From Candidatus Krumholzibacteriia bacterium (GTDB lineage Bacteria > Krumholzibacteriota > Krumholzibacteriia > Krumholzibacteriales > Krumholzibacteriaceae), in assembly GCA_963836185.1 (NCBI GenBank), contig CAWIIQ010000001.1, forward strand, positions 2,163,309-2,227,308: DNA of 64,000 nucleotides, read 5' to 3'. A program made the position numbers and the translations under genes. Under the pieces are notes generated by a model. The model was not told where the DNA came from and made no database searches. It worked only from the letters and a program-made list of their open reading frames with translations. Each line of letters opens with the position of its first letter. Positions within the stretch are counted from its first letter, which is position 1. Below, piece by piece: positions 57,458 through 64,000 of the stretch.

Positions 57458-58084
57458 CTATTCAACGAACTTTATCTCTTCTATCTTGGCTCCCTTCTCG
57501 ACTTTCATCACTACATCCATCCCCTCGACCACGCACGCAAAGATCGTGTACTCGCCGTTGAGTGCATTCTTGCACTCCTTGAGGATGTAGAACTGAGTGG
57601 ATCCAGAGTCATAATCGTCAGGATAGCGGGCCATGCCTACCATCCCCTTGTCGTGTTTGAGGCTCTGGAAGAACATCTCGCCCTCGATCGGCTCGAGATC
57701 TGTATCCTTCTTGCCTGTCTGGATCAACCACGACTCCACCCTGTGGAACTTGAGCCCGTTGTAGAAGCCGTCATTCACCAGCAGGGTGAACCGCTCCACG
57801 GTAAGAGGCGCCTCCTTCGGCATGAGTTCAATCACGATCTCGCCCCCTTTGTCGAGGACGATCACGACCCTCTGACCCGCGGGCGCCTCCGGACCCTCTT
57901 CTTCATCATTAGCGGCCGCTGGCGCGTCAGCCTGCGGCGCTTCCTGCTGCGGTGGAACTGATTCGGTAAGTACGGCATTGGTATCGGCGGCAGTAACGGG
58001 AACCGTAGCGGCAAACATCAGAACGATGAGCGCTGCCAACGGTACTCCCGGACGGCGCCTGCGCGTCTTCCCGGAAGAGACCAT
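57458..58084 (-). CDS. peptidyl-prolyl cis-trans isomerase, cyclophilin type, secreted
   Basis: Signal peptide (LAALIVLMFAATVPVTA) and cyclophilin-like core (GFYNGLKFHRV...MVGMARYPDD...STQFYI); start at internal ATG. Confidence 0.75.
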   Translation of the reverse strand: MVSSGKTRRRRPGVPLAALIVLMFAATVPVTAADTNAVLTESVPPQQEAPQADAPAAANDEEEGPEAPAGQRVVIVLDKGGEIVIELMPKEAPLTVERFTLLVNDGFYNGLKFHRVESWLIQTGKKDTDLEPIEGEMFFQSLKHDKGMVGMARYPDDYDSGSTQFYILKECKNALNGEYTIFACVVEGMDVVMKVEKGAKIEEIKFVE

Positions 58085-58178
58085 CGATCTCACCTCCGTC
58101 CAGTAAAAGACGGAGCCTCCCCACTCTTTGGGGAGGCTCCGGAAATGAGCACTGGTCATATAAGGATCAGGAATGGGT

Positions 58179-59349
58179 CTATTCGTACTGTTCCTGCTCC
58201 TTCTTGGCCTCCCGTATCTTGATCAGTTTCTGCTGACGGTCGACCTGCTTGGCCGCAGGGCCGGACCATAGAGGATCACCCATACCGGCGACCTTTTCAA
58301 ACTTGGCGATCGCGCCTTCATAATCGTTCATCTTGGAAAGCGCCTCGCCCCACTGATAGTTGAGGAAAGCGAGCTCACCGCCGTTGAGGGCGACACCGGC
58401 CTTCGCCGCGTCAGCCGCCTTCTGGTACATCTTGTTCTCATTGTAGATCTTCGCAATGATCGCGTATGTAAAGGCGTCTCCGCCACTGAGCTCGATCGCT
58501 TTCTCCAGCTCGGCCGGCGCCTCGGCTTTCCTGTCGGTCTGCGAAAGCGCGAATCCAAGCCTCTGATGATAGTTGGCGTCATCGGGAAATTCCGTCACGA
58601 GCGACTCATAGAGAGGAATAGCATTCTCATAATCCTTCTCGTTGAAGTACGCCTTCGCCAGCTGCTTCTTGAACTGATGGTTCTCCGGCGCCGCCTCTAT
58701 GGCCATGTGGAGATACTCGTATTTCTTTTCCTTGTTGCCGAGAGTTCCGTACAGGGAAGCGAGCGTACCCATCGTCGTCGCGTCCCCTGGATTCGTCTTC
58801 AGCGCCCGCTCGTAGTAGGTGATCGCCCCGCGTGTATCGTCGCGCCTCTGCGCGATGAAGGCGAGGTTGACATTGCCGTTGTAGTTGAGCGTGTCTTCCT
58901 CGACAAGCATCAGGTAGTAGATCTCGGCGTTGTCGAAATCATCGAGGTTGAGATAGTTGTATCCTATCGAGGCGATCAGCGCCTCGTTGTCGGGAGACAG
59001 CTCGAGAGCTTTCTGGTAGGCGGCTATCCCTTTCTCGTAATCTTTCCTGTCGGTGTATGCCCTGCCCAGGTCGGACCACGCCGCGAGATATGTCGGCTTG
59101 ATGGAGACCGCTTTTTCCAGGTTCGCGATCGCTTCGGTGTAGTTGCCGGCCGACATGAACTGTTTTGCCGACTGGTAGGCGATCTCCGCCGGGCCCGAGG
59201 TTTCGCTCGAATCCCTGTGAATCGGTCGAGGAGTCGCCCGTGTTCGCGGCAGGATCGGTCTCGACGGAGCTGTCCTCCGCTCGATCCCGCCGCACCCCGC
59301 GAACAAGGCGATCAGCCAGAAGGTCAGTACAGATCAAGGTTCTTATCAC
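58179..59349 (-). CDS. tetratricopeptide-repeat lipoprotein, frameshift inside the signal peptide near 59330
   Basis: Multiple TPR units; joining ATG 59349 (MIRTLI) to the main frame by removing one base gives a perfect lipoprotein signal MIRTLIVLTFWLIALFAGCGG. Confidence 0.7.
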
Positions 59350-59460
59350 GATCCCATCCTTTCACACACATGGGTATTCATCTGGATTTCCACTCATAAT
59401 AACCCTTTACCCTGTTTAAATCTAGAAAAAGCTTCCTGAACTGTCAAGATGAAGATTGAA

Positions 59461-60145
59461 TCAATGTTCGGGGTGCCAGTCGCCGTCCGGAGAAGGAGAT
59501 TCGAGCGCTTTCTGCAGCATTACTATGTTGTCCCGGGCCTTGGCGGCGAGAAAACCCTCCGGTTCGAGCTCCATGACCGTCTCCCATTCCCTCATGGCCT
59601 CCCTGAATATCCTCGCCTCCCAGAAGAATACCGCGAGATAGAAATGCGGCTGAGGATGGCCGGGATCGAGCTCGAAGGGCCGCGTCAAGGTGGTTCCATG
59701 CCTCCCTGTGATCCCCGTTCTGGTGGAGGAGAAAGGCGAGGTGAGAATGGGCGAGGACATCTTCCGGATTAAGAGTAGCCGCCATGGCGAAACTCTGGAT
59801 CGCACGGGCATAGTCGCCCTCATCATCGAAGATGACTCCCTTGTTCACATGAGATTTGAAATCATCGGGGGCTATCGCGATCGTCCTGTCATAATAATAC
59901 AGGGCTGAATCGGTCAGGCCGAGCTCGTGAAAGGCGACAGCGGTCTGGAACATCACATCGGCATCTACGCGCCCCTGTCGGGCCAGGTGACGCAGATAGG
60001 CAAGCCTCGGCTCGGGCCCCAGCCCTTCAAGCTGCTGGGAAAGCGGCATCTCGCCGGCCTCTCCGGAAGACTGACCCGCGGAGATACCCGGCGTCACACC
60101 GATCGCCGCTGACATGATCATGATCGTGAATACTGCCGATCTCAT
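59461..60145 (-). CDS. secreted TPR-repeat protein, frameshift near 59650
   Basis: Signal peptide then TPR units in ORF 59444..60172 up to ...EAWNHLDAALR; TPR continuation (LDPGHPQPHFYLAVFFWEARIFREAMREWETVMELEP...) is in the frame of ORF 59461..59826. Confidence 0.65.
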
Positions 60146-60161
60146 CTTGTCCCTGTCTGTC

Positions 60162-61375
60162 CTACGCATCAATGCCTCTCGTCTTGCGCTTTGACCAGGG
60201 CTCGGACAGGCTGAAACTCAGCCCGAACCGGAAGATGTTCTCCTCGACGAAGTTCTCCTCCTTCGATCCCGTCCGTCCGAACTCCAGGGTAAAGTCGATC
60301 GCTCCGTGCGAATCGCCCAGCGGTATTGCCGACCCCGCGGTCAGGAACATCGAGTTGACTTCCTGTCCCGCCGGGAACTGCAGATGCCAGGTGTCCGTAT
60401 AGAATCCCAGCCTGATCGGAATCTGGTTGAGGACGTTCCCTTCCAGTGCCCGCTCTTCGCTCGATGCCGATCCCGATATGCGTCTCGTCCCCCACATTCC
60501 CCTCGAGCTGGGAATAACCGACCGGGGCCGCCGCCGACCTCGTCCAGTACGATGACGGAAAGCCACCACCGTCCGAAGGGTTGAAGCGAGAGCCCGACAT
60601 CCCAGGCGAGGGGCAGCTTATAATCGTATGTAAGATTGGTGTCGCGCTCGGAAACAGTATTTTCGATCGACTCTTCCACCCGGTAGTCGACCGCTCCGTC
60701 GACATTGCCCCCCAGCCACAGGCGGGGGTGCGCCTCCCATAGCAGGGCGGCTCCCCATGACAGGCCGGTGTAGCTCCTCGTGCGTTTCGAATCGACATTC
60801 TTGTAGTTCAGGTCGTCAAACCAGACATTGACCTTATCGATGATCGAACCGAGATTGAACTGCGCTTCGCCCGCGACGCGGAGGGAACTGAAAGGCTTCC
60901 AGGCTACGATCACGGGGATCATGTACATGTTGCTGTCGAGCTTGTAGTTCTGGTACCCGGTCGGCGCCCCTTCGATGTCGATCTGGTAGGCGAAATCCGC
61001 CCTCCCATAATATCTGGTCCTGTATCCCGAAGTAAGGACCAGCCCCTCTCTGAACGGGAATGAGGCGGTGAAAGTCGGAACCGTGTATCTCGTCTGTTTT
61101 GAGGTATATTCGAGATAGTAGACCCTGCTCGCGCTGAGTACCTGCTGTACGGTCAGGGTGACCATCCGCAGATCCGCGGTCGAGGCGGGATTGGCGGTCA
61201 CCGAGTTGCTCGTATCCTGTACGGCGATCGCGGAGTAGCCGAGGGCCTCGTGCCTCGAGCTCCCTAGATGAACGGCTTCGCCGATATAGTTCATGCCGTA
61301 TATCGACTGCGCCCTCGCGCCGCATGGAAGAAGAAGGGTGAGAAGGGCGGCCGCGTATAATACGACTGTCCTCAT
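60162..61375 (-). CDS. outer-membrane beta-barrel-like protein, hypothetical, with two frame changes in the C-terminal third (60440..60560)
   Basis: Signal peptide MRTVVLYAAALLTLLLPCGARAQ; alternating aromatic/hydrophobic beta-strand pattern; the C-terminal region is split across three frames (ORFs 60341..61375, 60169..60798, 60162..60569). Confidence 0.55.
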
Positions 61376-62580
61376 TTCTTCCCCCCGAAATCGGTCGGCA
61401 TGGTGTAGATGACTTCAAGGTACGGCCTCAGGGAGTCACCCGATGCCGAGTCATAGATCGCCAGGATCTGGATCCTCGAGGCCTCTAGGTCGGACTGCAG
61501 AACAAGGCCGTGATTTACTCTCGTTCCGTCAAGGATGTCGATCGTATACTGCCCAAGGGGTATCTTGATCTTCGCGTCGATATTGACAGGGATCACGTTC
61601 GATGAGACACCTGTACCCTTCAGGATCGCGGGATCGTCCGGATCTGATGAGTCAGGCGTGTAGAGGTAATATGAAAAATCGGTAGTCGCCCCGAGAAGCT
61701 GTTCACCGTATGTAGCCCCGAGTCCCGATGATCCCTCGGTGTGAAAGACAAGGGACGAGTAGTGAAGAGACGCCAGCTCCGGGACCCCGGCCAGATCGAA
61801 TTCAAAGAATAATCTGCGCGCGGTCCCCCCCGCCGCGGCCAGGGCCGTGATCTGGTCAGAGGTGACCGCGTAGTCCGAGATATCGGGAAGCCTCACTACT
61901 TCGCCTCCCTCGAATATCACCTTTATAAGGGGAGGGTTGGATCCATAGTTTCGCGAATACATCTCGATAAGGCCGAGCGTGTCGGGTTGATAGGCCCAGT
62001 TGATCGAGATCCCGTTCGCCCAGGGGTCCAAGGTCCCGTCGATCCATCCCTGAACGATCGTCTTGTCGATACTGAACTCTGTTCTCTCGAAACTGATATC
62101 CCTTACAGTCTCTCCGTGAGCCCCGGGAATCGGATCGGGATCGTATGCCGGGGGCGAAGTGATCGTATCTTCCTCGGCAAATCCTTCCAGAAGTTCGTTG
62201 AAGGTCACTCCTAGATGAAACAGTGTGTCCTGAACGATGATCACAGGCAGGTCGAGGATCACCGAATCGACAGTCATCCCCTCAAAGTTGACGAGGGAAT
62301 CGTAACTGAACTGCATCAGCAGGGTCGTAAAGACCACACCCTGCGTCTCGCCGAGCTTCAGGGTCGAGCTCGCTCCCAGACCCATCGGGATCTCGATCAT
62401 CGATACGCTGCGCAGCGTATCGATGTATCTCTCCGTATCCCCTGCCAGGGGGGAGTACCAGCCCGATTCGTGGAACGGCCTGGTGACCGGCCCCTCGGCA
62501 TCGGTACCACAGCCGGCCGTCAATCCAAGGACACCGAAAGCGGCGACAATAACGTATGCAATATATATTCGTTTCATCAC
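61372..62580 (-). CDS. hypothetical lipoprotein
   Basis: Signal plus lipobox (VLGLTAGCG); 402 aa with no recognised motif; stop overlaps the start of the downstream outer-membrane-protein gene (ATGA). Confidence 0.6.
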   Translation of the reverse strand: MMKRIYIAYVIVAAFGVLGLTAGCGTDAEGPVTRPFHESGWYSPLAGDTERYIDTLRSVSMIEIPMGLGASSTLKLGETQGVVFTTLLMQFSYDSLVNFEGMTVDSVILDLPVIIVQDTLFHLGVTFNELLEGFAEEDTITSPPAYDPDPIPGAHGETVRDISFERTEFSIDKTIVQGWIDGTLDPWANGISINWAYQPDTLGLIEMYSRNYGSNPPLIKVIFEGGEVVRLPDISDYAVTSDQITALAAAGGTARRLFFEFDLAGVPELASLHYSSLVFHTEGSSGLGATYGEQLLGATTDFSYYLYTPDSSDPDDPAILKGTGVSSNVIPVNIDAKIKIPLGQYTIDILDGTRVNHGLVLQSDLEASRIQILAIYDSASGDSLRPYLEVIYTMPTDFGGKK

Positions 62581-62685
62581 TTTTCCGTTCGGCCCCGCAC
62601 CGCGGGGCGCCTGTGGAAGTTACATCAGCGGGTATGCCCCGTCAAGGCGGAATGCCCCGGCACGGCGTCGGCCACCGCCTTTAGA

Positions 62686-63486
62686 TCATCCCTTTTTACG
62701 CAGAACCGCTGTTACCGTTCCGGTAAAGAGTTCGCCGAGGCGGGGAATAGACGTCAGTGGACCGAGGACCCTGAATCGAGGCGGCTTGAGCTCTTCGAAT
62801 ACTGTCTCCAGCGAAGGAACGCCCTCAAGGATGCTCCGGTAGGACGCTACATCGATCCTGTTGTTCCCTGCCCGGTATTCAGCCATCATCCTCGCCGCAT
62901 CTCCCGCCGGGTCACTGTTCCCCAGCCGCTGAAGAGAGAGTTCGAGGAGCTGTTCGAGCATCCTCTCGCTGTAAATAAGATGGCACCAGGGTGTATGGAT
63001 ATGGTCGTACAGATGGGATGCCAGGGGAGAGCCCCACGGGGTAAAGAAGAGAAAGACCAAGCCTCCGGCCCGGGTCACCCTTGCGAATTCCGCGAGGGCA
63101 GGCGCCGGCCTCGAGAAATGTTCCATCGAATCGTTCGCGATGACCAGGTCGAAAGAGCCTTCGAGAAAGGGAAGGTCGGCCGCGTCGCCAGTAACGACTT
63201 CTATCGGGCTGCCTCTCTTTATAGCGTAGCCCAGCGCGCCGGCAGCATGCACGGGATCGAGATCCACACCCGTCACCCCGGCACCGGCCTCGGCATAAGC
63301 GACCGATTTTCCGCCGAGGCCGCACCCGATATCGAGCACCCTCTTCCCCTCGAGGGCGCCGAACCATTCCGAATATTCTTCGAGAAGGGATTTCCCGATT
63401 CCGTATTCCCACTCGGAGTAGGCCTCGTGAGAATCCCTGCCGCCGACCCTCGGCCCGGGAAGGATCCGGTCGACGGCATATATCAT
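62686..63486 (-). CDS. class I SAM-dependent methyltransferase
   Basis: Motif I VLDIGCGLGGKS and post-I acidic residue (VTGVDLD), Rossmann-like methyltransferase fold; start at internal ATG. Confidence 0.75.
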   Translation of the reverse strand: MIYAVDRILPGPRVGGRDSHEAYSEWEYGIGKSLLEEYSEWFGALEGKRVLDIGCGLGGKSVAYAEAGAGVTGVDLDPVHAAGALGYAIKRGSPIEVVTGDAADLPFLEGSFDLVIANDSMEHFSRPAPALAEFARVTRAGGLVFLFFTPWGSPLASHLYDHIHTPWCHLIYSERMLEQLLELSLQRLGNSDPAGDAARMMAEYRAGNNRIDVASYRSILEGVPSLETVFEELKPPRFRVLGPLTSIPRLGELFTGTVTAVLRKKG

Positions 63487-63534
63487 CCTCGCTGCTGGTC
63501 CGGCCACTTTCACATCCCTCTTGTCGTCCCGGCC

Positions 63535-64000
63535 CTAAGCGGCCCTCTTCGAATCCCAGTAGACATAGAAGCAGAGGCCCGCGAAGAGGATCACGCTGAG
63601 GACCTCTCCGAAAGCGGTCTCACCAAGCCCCGTATGGAGTATCGTGTCCCATTCAAAGAACGCGATCAGCGCGCTCACGACTCCCATAAGTGCGCCGCCC
63701 GCGATGAATCCCGAAGCAATGAGCGTACCGCGCTCCTTCCGCCTGTTGCTGATCTCGGAATCGCTGCTGCTGTTGATGACGAAGTGGGATACGAGTCCGC
63801 CGATGAGGATCGGTGTGTTGAGCTCTATCGGCAGGTACATACCGAGAGCGAATGCCAGGGGCGATATCTTCAGGAACTCGAGGATCAACGCCATGAATCC
63901 GCCGGCGATGTATAGACCCCACGGTGCGCTGGCGTCCGACATCAGCGTCTTGATGACCGCCGCCATCGCGTTTGCCTGCGGGGCGGCCAGCTTACTGTCG
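63535..64000 (-). CDS. OPT-family oligopeptide transporter, C-terminal part (gene continues beyond window end)
   Basis: Polytopic membrane sequence (LYIAGGFMALILEFLKISPLAFALGMYLPIELNTPILIGG...) resembling the C-terminus of OPT transporters; ORF is open to position 64000. Confidence 0.6.
   Translation of the reverse strand, partial: DSKLAAPQANAMAAVIKTLMSDASAPWGLYIAGGFMALILEFLKISPLAFALGMYLPIELNTPILIGGLVSHFVINSSSDSEISNRRKERGTLIASGFIAGGALMGVVSALIAFFEWDTILHTGLGETAFGEVLSVILFAGLCFYVYWDSKRAA

Overview
High-GC (roughly 60%) bacterial chromosomal segment, probably from an uncultivated lineage; no rRNA, CRISPR array or transposase was found. Almost all genes are on the minus strand, and most are housekeeping: ribD (with an FMN riboswitch), ftsY, smc, selA, a ribosomal-protein block (rpsF-rpsR-rplI), pth, rplY, prs, ispE, alaS, recX, recA, cinA, pgpA, recR, ybaB, dnaX with SRP RNA upstream, tadA, a pyruvate/2-oxoacid:ferredoxin oxidoreductase operon, iscR-iscS, and seven tRNAs including all four tRNA-Ser isoacceptors. 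Accessory content: a cell-envelope polysaccharide locus (manC/manB, UbiA-type prenyltransferase, O-antigen ligase, WecA-like fusion, two GT4 glycosyltransferases, gmhA, Wza-like exporter), an MglA/MglB GTPase pair, a plus-strand islet with a DUF222-HNH endonuclease and an octaheme cytochrome lipoprotein, and a lipoprotein/outer-membrane-protein pair. Main caveat: at least 14 single-base frameshifts or in-frame stops interrupt otherwise well-conserved genes, including the essential dnaX, so indel errors in the assembly are likely; they are densest in the glycosyltransferase locus (26-31.7 kb). The most unusual items are a membrane protein joining a degenerate ParA/MinD-like domain to a SPOR domain, a GltD-like oxidoreductase fused to the PorD ferredoxin inside the por operon, and tandem 22-bp repeats between tRNA genes. 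All calls rest on reading the translations and recognising motifs; no database search was run.
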